Notes under the pieces: model-generated
Told to the model about the DNA's origin: nothing
Seen by the model: only the letters and a program-made list of their open reading frames with translations
The model's database searches: none
Program-made: the position numbers and the translations under genes
Part shown: piece by piece, positions 12,961 to 24,650 of the stretch
How positions within the stretch are numbered: the first letter of the stretch is position 1
How the letters are laid out: the number at the start of each line of letters is the position of its first letter
Assembly (NCBI GenBank): GCA_002269645.1
Contig: NIVC01000896.1
Coordinates: 1 to 64,000 of the forward strand
DNA from: Macrostomum lignano
Taxonomy: Eukaryota
Reading direction: 5' to 3'
DNA length: 64,000 nt

Positions 12961-14007
12961 CACTAGGAGCGTAATTAAGCAATTCGCTAGGTCTTATTTG
13001 TATATGCGAATGAATAAGGCACCCTTGTTTGAATGTTTTTAATGTTTTAAATACAACAATGGAATCGACCTGTGACAAAATGGTCATGGCTCATATTGCT
13101 TGTAATGGTAATGGATAAATGAGCATGATTTTGTCTTACTTTAATTTAAGAGTGCAACGTGTGTTTTTTACGAATTTAAGTTCCAATTATGGTAAAATCA
13201 GTTCCAAAAAGACCACTGGCGGAGGAAAAAGTCAGGCATGAATTCTTAAGTTTGATCGCAGCTACTGCGTAAGTTACGAATTTATCTGCGAAAAATTCAC
13301 CCAACGCACTTAAGAACGTTCTGAGACGGTTCTTAACTCTCGTGCGTAAGTTGGATCGAACGACGGAACTTACGAAAGTTTTACCGAACGGGCCCTTTAT
13401 GTACGAGTATATTACTTTAAGTTTCATGCAAGCAGTTTAGTTGAAAAAACACCATTCTATTGTCGAAAAGGGAGAGAAAAGCCTGCAAAGTTATAGCTAA
13501 GTTAGTTTCGTTTGAATTCCAGGCAAAGCTTTTGCAAGAATTTTGGGAATACTTTGAGCGGGAATTATTCTGTTCTACTTTTTTGCTCAATGATAGAAGA
13601 TCAGCAAGCGTAGAAAGCTGCATTCGTGACCTCTTTCGATGGCTACTGCTACTCCTTTTTAGAACTCCTAGGAATGTTCTGTTTTTAGGGTTCGCTTCAA
13701 GTTAGTTCCTGTACTATTGAGAAGCTTTTTGTACGCTTGAGAGGCACAAAAAGGATCCACAAACAGGTCCCAAGCCGGAGCATATAAGATAATCGACAAA
13801 CAGCTATATTATAGCATAGTATAAGTTTACAGTTTACAGTTTACAGTTTACAGTTTACAGCTTATGTAAACTGTAAGATGTAAACTGTGCATACATCCTT
13901 TTACGACGATTTTTTCAATAAAGTTGGGTTTTTTTAACAAAATTAAAAAAGTGCTTTTTCCGAATTAGAGAGTTTCATTTGGTTGTTGCTATCTTCGTTG
14001 TGCCCAG

Positions 14008-15508
14008 ACTTCAGGCTTTCCATAAGGCTCACCCTAAGAGGTGTTCAGATAGGCAGTAAGTGCTACCGCGGCTGGAGCTACGGCAGTTGAGGCTTTTACT
14101 GTGCTGGGAACTCTTCCCAAGAGTGCGGCGGTCCGTTGACCCACTCTGTCTACGAGTTGAAATATGAAAGAGAGCCAGTTCGGTATTTCAACCACCCTTA
14201 ATTTCCTATCTAAAACTTTCGGTGGCACCTAGTTCTAATATAGTGTTAACTATGAACACAACATTATATCTAGCTACCCATATTAATATTGTTTGCCTAC
14301 AGTTAATTTTTTCGTCATTATCTCTCAGTGGTTGACTGGTTTTTCAGGTAAATCATTGAAAATCGGTATCTATAAAAACTCAAAACTTCTGTGTCAAAAA
14401 TGTAATAACAAGCGACTCAAAAATGACTTCATTACTACTGCTGCTGCTGCTGTAATTATTGTGCCAATATAGGAAGACAAGCTCCATGCGTTCTACTCTG
14501 ACTTCCCTGCATAAGGCAAATATTGGACCACATTTTTTGCTGTTTTCAGCAAGCCGGTTCATTAAAACAAATTAAATGAAAAATTATAGACGAAGTCAGA
14601 AACGCAAGCTTGTTGCATTCGCATTGCAGCATTTCCGCTCACAGAATTCATTAATTTACGAGCTTCACGCATGCAGGGCTCCAAGTCCGCATGACAAGGT
14701 AAACTGCAGCATCGGTAGTCAACCGCTGAATATTTGCTAACCAGCAAAGTCAACTCCCACTGCAGCCAGTAAATATTTTTTGGGATCAGGGTCTCGCTAG
14801 CTCAGGCTTTAACGTACGGTCAATGGCAGAATCCACGGAAGGGGGCACATATTCCCCCTCCACTCAGTTTTGGCCAAAATATTTTTTTTCGTATATTTCC
14901 GCCTTGTTTCAGCAATTGTTTCACCGATTACACTACCTTTGGAATGGCTTCGTATAGATTGGATTCCCTCCATTTTTTTCAGTATCCCTGCCTGCATATG
15001 GTGCAGAAAGAATTGAGCGCAAATTTGATAAACTCTAGTTCCTACTAGGCTTAGCTATCTCCAGATATGATAAAATGAAAAAGACTTGATGATAGATGAC
15101 ACAGACTAGATAGCGATGATTTAGCTTTCGATGGTTAGGTTAATTAAGTTAAGCAATTAAGCAATAGTAATGACTAACGTGCTTTTCGATAACTAATTTG
15201 TTCCAATGTCCATTGACTATCTCGCTTCTGTTCTCTTTTTTCAAAAGAGATTTTCACTTTCTCTACTACTAGCTTGCAGTTTCAGACTTCTCAAGCGATC
15301 CAGCCGAGGGTACATCTCCGTGCTGAGCTCCGTCTCTGCCTACTGGAATGCCAGTGCGAGCAGCCCAGCAAACTGCCTGATGCTGTACAAACCCGACTGT
15401 CAATCCGTCCTGTTTTACGATAACCTGCAGCTGTGCAGCCTGATGAAGCTTGCCCTTGTGCCGACATCTCTGACCATTGTGGATGGCGACTTCTACTTTC
15501 GATATTAA
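14008..15508 (+). pseudogene. WSC + PAN-like copy 3 (decayed duplicate of copy 2)
   Basis: WSC remnant ~14008-14169 with TGA, deletion and donor mutated gt>ga; exon 2 15280-15508 with 1-nt deletion and a Cys>Tyr change; intron and 3' flank align to copy 2. Confidence 0.85.
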
Positions 15509-16154
15509 AGCGAATCGATAGCTTAAGAGCCGAGACGAGTTAAAGTACTTGACGATACCTTCTTAACTTTAGTAATAACACAAGCAAAATCCAAATTTTA
15601 TCAGCTCGAAGTCAACGACGACTGAAGTAATCCATCGTCTGCCAGTAGCATTATCTGTGCTGGGCACAATTACACAATATCGATCAACTTTTGAATCTTT
15701 AGGCTTCAATATTTGAAATTGTGAATGATCAGTTTAAGGATCAGTTTATAAAAATCCCGTCTTTTGTCGATATGAAACCTCCAGCTAACGGCATGCCCCT
15801 CCGATTTCCGGGGCATCTCGTTGATGAATGAAGTGGGGGGAGCGGTGTGCGAGGGTTGGACGGATTAGAGCTACCCCGATCAGTTTTATGCATCGATCAT
15901 TATTGATTCATCAAATACATACATACAATACTTTCATGTTGTGAAGTATTCCAGGTGTCAATTAAAGCACTTGATAGCACTCGTACGAGCTATGCTCTTT
16001 CTTGCTACTGCAAAACAAGCTGCTGGGATACTGCTCACCCAGCTAATTAAAGGTTTAGCCAATCAAATACGCCTGGGTTCTTCCAAAAAGAAGATAATTG
16101 TCAGTTTTTAGGGCAATAGGAAAATTCTTCGCCGTGATACTCGAACAATCCATC

Positions 16155-16548
16155 ATGATACTCGGCTTCTTCATCTGTTGTCTTTTCTCGGTGTGCTCAG
16201 GCAGCCTCCTCGGCAGGTCCTACATCGGCTGCTTTCGAGACAATACGGATAGAGACCTCTGCGCTCTAGACAAAGTAGCAGAGATTTCTGGTATGGAAAT
16301 CAAGTCATATAGGCCCTGTTTTATCTTCAGCTATTCCAATATGACCCACGAGCTTTGCAGCGACGTGTGCGCTCTGGGCGGATTTCCCTACATGAGTCTT
16401 CAGTACTCAAAGTTCTGTGCCTGCGGCTGGTCCTACGGTCGTCATGGACAGCTGAGCGAGTCAAGCTGCTCTATGAACTGCTCGGGAAACTCTTCACAGA
16501 TCTGCGGCAACAGCATGATAAATTCTGTGTTTGCTCTAAACTACGAAA
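16155..16548 (+). CDS. Secreted WSC + PAN-like protein, copy 4, exon 1
   Basis: MILGFFICCLFSVCSG signal; YIGCFRD..RDL...CSDVCALGGFPYMSLQYSKFCACGWSY...C.GNSSQICG..INSVF; donor gtgagt at 16549, phase 1. Confidence 0.9.
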
Positions 16549-16681
16549 GTGAGTTGTGTTGATTCCTGAACACATACAAGTTCTAATGCTATATGCAGGC
16601 ACGCACTCATACACACGCTCACACAGGGTGTACAGCGGCCCTTACTTTCTAATCGTCAGGCACGCACACTCGCTGTGTCTT

Positions 16682-17767
16682 GGGGCTGGCCCGTGCTATA
16701 GATTTAAGAGCAAGGAGTAAGAAGTTAGGAATCAGGAGTGCTCCTAGCAAGGAGTGAATCGATTTTGTGTCCTATGGAGTTCAAGAATCAAGAGTTAGGA
16801 GCTAGGACTTGTTCCAAGGATAGGAGTGAGGAGTTCTAAGGAGTGTAAGGTGATTGGCTAAGGAGTCTGCCAATCTGCGTGCTATATGAAACTCTTAAAT
16901 GTATGCACCTTAAGCAGTAATCCTAGGAATTAAAAAACAAGTTAAAACAAGTTTTATTACCCCGTGAAAAGCGACTACGAGCGCGTAAAGCAATAAAACC
17001 ATTTTAGGCTACAAGCCTGCGCATTTAATTAGTTGATAGACTAAGTCAATAAAAATGGTTTAACTGCTATTGTAAGTAATCGCTTTCATTTGATAAACAA
17101 CACTCGTATAAGAAGTATCGTATAAAGAGGGGCTATTAGAGACCATAAAATTGGTAATTATTGTATTCAGCAAAACGTGCCCGTTTTTGGCACAGACAAT
17201 AGAACATGCACATGTCGAAATCTAAGATTTGTGATGATTAAGGATGCAACCTATGTTTGTTGAAAGTGTCGTTAATTCTCATTGAGCGGAAGTCGTGACA
17301 CAGTACGAAATTCTTCGAAAAAGCTTGTCTTTTTGCTTAAATTGCCTGGGTCGCCGATCGTTGGCTCCCTCATCGTCCGAGCCTAGGTCGCTATCCGAAA
17401 ACATGACAAAAAGACAATCCTACTAACCTAAGAGTAAAATTTGGGCCCTTGAATTCTTATCTAGGAGTTAGGAGCTAGAAATGAAATTCGCTCCTTCTAT
17501 AGGACACGCACTCCTAAAATTCACTCTTAAACGGCAACTCCTAGCTCCTAGCTCTTAGCTCCTACTCCCCGCTCCTTATTCTATAGCACGCGAGAAACCT
17601 TAATGAGGTCTCCTAAATTAACCAAGGAGTCTCCTACGTCCTTAAAGGAGCCTCCTAGCTCTTAAAATTTGCTCATGATTCTATAGCACAGAAAAGCCAT
17701 CAAGGAGTTAGGAGTTAGGACACTCTTAAGGATTTAGGAGTTAAGAGTATTCTATAGCACAGGCCCC
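16682..17767. mobile_element. Non-autonomous TIR element (Harbinger-like MITE) with AGGAG/CTCCT-biased arms
   Basis: ggcccgtgctataga (16688-16702) vs reverse complement of tctatagcacaggcc at the right end; internal ctatagcac sub-repeats; no ORF. Confidence 0.6.
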
Positions 17768-17930
17768 AGTTGATGAACTAAAACGCTGTACATTCGTCGC
17801 TTGCCTCTTACACAGCACTCAAGTTGCCCAACACACAAAACTCTATTATGGTCACTATTTCAACAACTCTACGTCTAGTCTGACTGTCGCTTCAAAATTG
17901 ATTGGTCATCACACCAGTCAGGTTATTAAC

Positions 17931-20900
17931 TGTTGTACTTTTCGTAGTAACGAAGACGAATGCAAGATGCCGAGTTAGGAAGAGATTGTAGATGCATGCA
18001 GCGCGTATATTTTCCGCAGCGAAGTAGCTGGCTGCTATACTTAAAATATGAATAAGGCTTCACCCATAAACCATAGAACTTAAGTTCATACACAACACCC
18101 CCATATTTTAGCAATTAACCTGGAGAGAAATAAATGACTGTTTTCTATTTTGTCTAACGATCAAATAAATCAGGAATAGGTCAGCCGATCAGGGGCTTTT
18201 CGGAGCCTCTGACTTCGACGAGAAACTTGGTACTCGGGACTTTGATCGCTGGTTGTCTCCACTTCAGCAGGAGTCGTAGTCTCCATTTCCTTCTCCTTGC
18301 TGCTGCCAACATTGGCAGGTCCAGGCGAGGTAATCTCTTGTGAGTTCTCTGTAGTCCTTGGCTTGCATCAGATGCATGAACAACCCGTCCTTTGCTGTCC
18401 AAGTAGGTATTTGATCCATGAAGTCCTTGGATTTCTCTGGGACCTTGTCTGACTTTCCTTCTACGTTGATGTAGACAGGAATTGGGGTAGTTAGCGGTTT
18501 GTCCCATTCTGTAAAGGTTGCAGTGAGGCGCGTTCTTGGGCGTTGCATAAACAGTTGTGCAGCAGGAATCGCTCCTTCGGAATTCGGTGTAGTGTTCTTC
18601 GAAAGGCAGAATGATATCAACACCTTCTCACATTCGGAACCTATGTCATTACTGTCCTGCTTCAGAGTCACTTTCAACTCTTGGATAGCTCTCTCCACAA
18701 TCCCATTTGACTGGTGATGACCAGGTGGTGTTAGGACATGGTTAATTAGATTCTTCTTGAGAAATTCTGCGAACTCTTTTGATCGAAAATTGGTTCCATT
18801 GTCAGTCACAATGTCCCATGTACTTAAATGTTCGTCTGCATGCTGGAATAAGAGAGTTGGCTGTGAGATTGGACAGCTGATGTACATCAATCCACCGAGA
18901 GAAGGAGTCGATGAGAACCAAGAAGTGTTTCTCCTTGAAATATGCTATGTCCAGATGAACACGTTCGAAGAAGAACTTTGCATCTTCCCATGAATGCAGA
19001 TTTGCATTTGTTCGCTTTCTCGAATTTAGTTGGCAGGAAGGACACCTTTGAACGAAGCTATTGATCTGGGCGTCAATGTAAGGCCACCAGAAGTACTCTC
19101 GAGCTAGTCTGATCATGCGCACAATGCCCGGATGATTCTCGTGAAGAATTTGAAGAATTTCTCTGCGCATGGACTTTGGAGGCACGATTCGGATCCCTTT
19201 GAACAGAATCCCGTTTTGAATGGAGTATTCCGCCTTGGATTTGGTGTACGGAAGCAGCTGTTTAGAAATTTAGCTTGGCCAACCTTGAGTAACAAACTTC
19301 TTGATAATATCAATTTCAGGGTCTCTGGTGTTGGCGACACGCCGAAGAATTGTCCCAGAAGAAGAAAATTCTACGAGAGAGTTTACCTCCAGAAGATTGA
19401 CATCAAAATTTGAAAACGAAGTAGAAGCGTTTGTTGAAGGAATTCTGGACAGAGTAACTGCTGCGAGCATGGTGTCTCCTTTTGAGTAAGTGACAGTGTA
19501 GTCATAGGATCTGAGCAGCAATGCCCATCTCTGGAGTCTCGCAGAAACTCGGTCAGGAACTTTTGTTGTAGAGAAGATGTACTGCAAAGGTCTGTGATCA
19601 GAGATGATTGTAAAATGACGGCCTGCCAGAAATTGATGAAAATATTTTACACCCTCGATAATTGCAAGAGCCTCCCGCTCAATGTTGGCGTAGTTGGCCT
19701 CAGCCTTGGTCAAAACTCTGCTTCCCAGCCATACAACTTCTTTTTGGTTCGTGTCGTGGGACAGCACAAATCCGACTCCACTCTGAGAAGCGTCGCAGGT
19801 TAGAAACAACGGCCTTTTTATATCATAAGAAACGATTCGACCTTCCGTTACAGCAGCTTTCAGTTGGGAGAACGCACTCGAGTGAACGACAGTCCATTTC
19901 CACTGAACCCCTTTCTTTAGGAGGTAATAGAGCGGCTTGGCGATCATAGAGAAGTTCCGACAAAAAATCCCGTAGTGTCTTAAGGTGCATATAGCACTTC
20001 TCAATTGATCCCGGTCTTTTGGCTCTGACAAGTTGGATAGAGCTTCCACTCTTGCAGGATCAGGCAAAAGTTTCCCATCTCGGAGGAGAAATCCCAGAAA
20101 TGTGACTTCTTTCTTGCACTCCTGAGTCTTACGCTCATTGATCTTGAATCCATGCTTTTTCAGTTTTTCCTTGACTTGCACCAGGATCTGTCGATGCTGC
20201 TCCATTGTTTCAGTGCCTAGAATGATGTCGTCCTGATAAGAAGCAGTGCCTGGTATTCCTTTGAGCAAGATATCCATAACTTCCTGAAATATCAGTGGTG
20301 CTGCCGATATGCCAAATTGTAACTTGCGGAAGGCAAAATGTCCTACGTGGGTGGAAATACACGTAAGATCCTGACTTTCTGGCGTTAGGGGAATCTGCAA
20401 GAATGCGTCTTCGAGGTCAAGCACTGAATACACTTTCGAATTTGGGATCTTTTGAAGGATTTCTTTCAAAGTTGGCAGTCGATATCGATCTCGGTCTATC
20501 AGTCTGTTGAGAGTGACTGAATAGTCTCCATACAGTCTAATGGGTCTCTTTGATCCTTCTGGTTTCAACACAGGAACAATAGGGCACGATACCTTAGGCG
20601 AGTGAACTGGGTAGATGGTACCTGCACTTTCCAGTCTTTTCAGCTCCAGTTCAACCAAAGTTTTAATTGAGAACGGAAGGGATCTGGCAGGAAAGCACAT
20701 TCCATCGGTAGAGGCCCCGTCCTTCAGGCGAAAGCTGGCCTGGAATCTTAAATTTTCATCACACTGCACTGGATGGCACAGAAATTCGTCTACCGTCAAT
20801 AGGTTGAAGGCACGAATAAAATTTATTCCTAAAATGGCTTGACTGGATGGGTCCCCGACATATATGTCTCCGCATGCCGTTTTGCCGTTTCTCAGCTCAA

Positions 20901-22175
20901 TCGTGACGTCCTTAGCCATGCCTCGTACGGAAACTGAAGCTCCCCCGAAAACTTTGAGTGATCGAATGTCCGCGTCAACCATGTGCAATCCGGCTTGCTC
21001 TACGATGGTTACTGGCAAAATTGTTACCTGACTACCAGAGTCGACGCACATATGGACTGTGGAATCACCGATCGTGCAGACTATTTTCCAGAGTTCGTCG
21101 CATGGAGTAGCCTTGATCACCGAGTACACAGCTGAATCAGGTGGATCAGCGTCGGTTGCTTCAACTTCCGCGTACGTGACTTTCTTGCTGCCACCGATGT
21201 TGGACCTGCATGCTCTGGCAATGTGCCCGGTTTTTCCGCACTTGTGACATGTCGCATTACGGAACTTGCAGGTATTTCTAAGATGACCCGGGTTACCACA
21301 GGAATGGCAGCTAGACTTAGAATGATTCGGCGTTGTTGGCATTGGCCTGGATACCGTTGGATACTTTTGGTTGCTGCCGGTCTTCTTGTGAGTGGTTTTC
21401 TGCACTGCTGCGACGGTTTTGCTCGAATCAGTAGCTTGAGATACGGACTCCGATAAGAGACTATCCTTAACCGCAGTCTCTAGATCCAGCTTTTCCTTCA
21501 CTAGTAATTTTTGCTTCAGAGAATTATCAGCCAGTCCGAAAATATACTGAGAAAGAATTAACTCTTCTCGCAGGTTGCCGAATTCGCATTTGTTGGCCTG
21601 TGTCTTCAGTCTCTCCAAAAACTTTGTCACCGACTCACCCTGTATTTGGACCATGGTATGTAGCAGATGTCTGTCGTAGTGAAGAAGGCGCTTGGGTTTC
21701 AAGTGGCTCAGTACCGCTTCTTTGATGAAATCGAACGTACACTTTGTATCGTTTAAAATGTCTTCTGGCTGCACAAGTGTCTCAATCAGTGAAAATGCGG
21801 CATCTCCACAAGTAGCAAGTAGAACGGCTTTGCTCTGGTCATTCTTTTCCGTTGCGCTAATGTAAAAACCGAGGCGCTTGAAATACTGTTCGACATCGGG
21901 TAGCACAGCGGCATCTCCCCCAGTCGGAAGTCGAGTCCGGAAGACATCGGGATGAAGATTTGGTGACTGCAGTATCGTCCCGCGGCGAATTAAATTTTCC
22001 TCGTCGCCATGTTGTACTTTCGTAGTAACGAAGACGAATGCAAGATGCCAAGTTAGGAAGAGATCGTAGATGCATGCAGCGCGTATATTTTCCGCAGCGA
22101 AGTAGCTGGCTGCTATACTTAAAATATGAATAAGGCTTCACCCATAAACCATAGAACTTAAGTTCATACACAACA
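17931..22175 (-). mobile_element. Full-length Ty3/Gypsy (Mag-like) LTR retrotransposon in the intron of WSC copy 4
   Basis: LTRs 22010-22175 and 17931-18097 (TGTTG...CAACA; 2 substitutions + 1 indel); TSD TTAAC on both sides; PBS TGGCGACGAGG (tRNA-Ser(GCU)-like); G-rich PPT next to 3' LTR. Confidence 0.97.
18181..21906 (-). pseudogene. gag-pol polyprotein of the Gypsy element (Gag, protease, RT, RNase H, integrase)
   Basis: Two CCHC knuckles, VDSG protease, YQDD RT, TCDAS RNase H, HHCC and LIDSFS/VTDNG integrase; in-frame TAA at 19272-19270 and frameshifts near 18815 and 18436. Confidence 0.93.
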
Positions 22176-22209
22176 TTAACTATTTTATTATTTTCCATCA
22201 CATGGGAGT

Positions 22210-22635
22210 CAGGGGGCGGCAAACTCTGGCCCGCAGGCCACATGCGGCCTGCAAAGCCTCTTTATCCGGCCTTCAAGGTCCTTCGAAACTGCACAATAGT
22301 AATTCGGCCCTTGAATGTTTGTCTCTTCTCAGCGCTCTTCTCTCTTCTCTCCTCTCTTCTCCAGCTCTCCTCTCTTCTCTCTCCTCTCCTCTCTCCTCTC
22401 TTCTCTCTCCTCTCCTCTCTCCTCTCTCCTTCCTCATCTCCCTCTCTCTCTCCTCTTTTCTACTCTCCTAACCTAATTCATCTCTCCTCTCTCCTCTCGT
22501 CTCCTCTTTGCTCCTTCATTTCCTCGCCTCTCATTTCTCCTATCTCCTTTTTTCTTTTTTATTCTCTCTCATCCGCAGTCATGCTCTATAGGTTCTCTAT
22601 CTGGCCCTTGAGGTAAAAAAGATTGCCGACCCCTG
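22210..22635 (+). mobile_element. CT-rich hAT-type MITE, full-length copy
   Basis: TIRs cagggggcggcaaac ... gattgccgacccctg; no clear 8-bp TSD. Confidence 0.75.
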
Positions 22636-23089
22636 ACAAACGAAATGAGCAAGCATTAAAAAACAGCGCACCCGTTGGTTGCCGCTGGGACCTCTGGTAA
22701 ACAAGGTGCAAGAAATCCTGTTCTTAACGACCTTCGGCAGCCTAACAATTGAAATACCAGGAAAAAGAACAATAAAAAAGTGTAATATATGTAATAGAGT
22801 AAAATATATATGTACGATTCAGGCTCAGCTGGAGATATTCCCGTACAGTATTGTTCGCGCAACTAATTGGAAAACTTGCATCACCCTCCTTTAAACCTCA
22901 GCCCAGTCATTCTCCTCAGTATCAGTCTGTTGATGGCGGTGTGAACGCTTAATCATCAACTCAAATTTTGTGATCACTCGAAAATTGGCCTCATTTAAAG
23001 GCGGTGTAAAAGGGCCTTTAGAGCTTCGTTTCGACATTGAATCACACATGTACAGTGTCCCTTAACCGGTTCACCAATATAAATTTTAG

Positions 23090-23322
23090 ACACGAACCGA
23101 TTTACTCGCAGCTTCAACAAGGTCTACTTCAGCACCCGAGTCCCGAACAGCACGCACTGGATCTCAAATGCCGGTAGCATACGCGAGTGCCTGTACCAGT
23201 GCGACACCGGCTGTCAGGCTGTAATCTTTGCCCAGCAACAGCAGCTCTGTTATCTACTCAAGTTCTCTGTGGTGCCGAATGAGTTGAACAGCACCGCGGG
23301 TGAGCTGTTTGTTCGTGGCTGA
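23090..23322 (+). CDS. WSC + PAN-like copy 4, exon 2 (not in the ORF track); spliced protein 208 aa
   Basis: Acceptor ttttag; TNRFTRSFNKVYFSTRVPNSTHWISNAGSIRECLYQCDTGCQAVIFAQQQQLCYLLKFSVVPNELNSTAGELFVRG*; 394+233 nt = 209 codons. Confidence 0.88.
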
Positions 23323-24439
23323 ACCAAAGGCGGATGTCGTAACCTATAGGCAGTCGACTGCCTGAACTGCTGAACAGTTTGAATTGAAAAATTCAAACCA
23401 GACTTTTTTTCTGAAAGCAAACTTATTGATATTATTTGCTGTTTTTAAGAGAAAGGTCATCATCAAGCTAAATTTGAATATTTTTCTTTTCTTGATTTTA
23501 ATGTACTTGTGTATGTACTCATGCAGAAGTGTAAAACCTCAAAGACTCGTTCACACCGAAATGAGTTAAACAATGAAATAATGCTACGAACAATTGGACT
23601 CATCTGATGAAGGTGTGAACGAGTTTTAAGAGACCTTAAATAACATTTTGAGACTAGATTATCTTTTGTTTATTTTAAAAATAATTACGCTCCTAACAAC
23701 TTAGCTAAATGTATATTGTCGTATTTTACTTTTCTTTAAAACTTGAGCTTTCTACCGATTAGTACTCAATGTCCTATATCATTTTAAATAAGAACTCTCT
23801 ATACTGTAATGTAATTAATTCAAAGGCAATAACAATAAAAGATTCTTTCGCTGTATTCGTTACGGTCTACTTCGTAAAATCATGCAGTCAGTAGTCTGAG
23901 CGGCAATTCATAACTTCAAAAAACACACAAACCTCTTGATAAGTTTATAGATTTAACAAAACAATATCAGACTGTAATGTGCGTTCAATAGTACTCTATC
24001 GAAATTCAACAGTAGTACGAAGATGCGTAGACATAATTTTCGACAGTTGTTTCAATAAAGTAGGCTTCTTCGACAAACTATGGAGTGCTTTGTTCGCATT
24101 CGTTTTTTAGTCACTGCATTGTTATCTCGTATCTTCATAATAGTGTTTCTGATCGTATTCAAAGGAATCTGTATGGAAAACCATTGCTGAGAAATAAAAT
24201 CTGTTCAACGGTAATGAAGAAGACTTCCTCATTCATTCCCAGGTTGCTGCCATGCAGTCCTATAGAAAAAAATAACCACTAGAAGCTGCAGTGGCAGGCT
24301 CAATATTGCAATTCTCTTGAAGGCCTCTGCAACTAAGCTTCAAATGCTCATAACTCCGGATCAGTTTATCTTAAATCAAAACTTTTTGCACAAGTTTGTT
24401 CAAAAAATTTTACAAGTAATGACTACGAGGTATAGGCGA

Positions 24440-24650
24440 TATATCGTGCAGTCGAAAACAATGCAGCTGCGTGATGGAGTGATGAAGACAAACATCGCAA
24501 AGTTTACGTAAAAAAGTGAGTCTTCAAGACATTGGGATCAATATTTACACATGCGCTACGTCCTGATTCAACGGTAACTTTTAGGAGTCCTAGCTTGCCT
24601 AGAACAGCTGAGTGGAAGCTTTCCAATTTTCTGCCGTCAGGAGACATCGG
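24440..24650 (+). repeat. Dispersed repeat, second copy at ~51350-51545
   Basis: Shared gtgcagtcgaa...gatgaagacaaacat...gagtcttcaa(a)gacattgggatcaatatttaca...gagacatcg. Confidence 0.7.

Larger units (their letters stand above)
9398..13395. mobile_element. PIF/Harbinger DNA transposon (decayed), with divergent transposase and Myb/SANT genes
   Basis: TIR cgttcggtgaaactttcgtaagt (9398-9420) vs reverse complement of 13368-13390 (22/23 identical); right end gggccc; both characteristic Harbinger ORFs inside. Confidence 0.85.

Noticed and set aside
14034-14228. Minus-strand 64-aa ORF (also 712-921 and 4024-4248)
   Set aside because: Antisense shadows of + strand WSC exons
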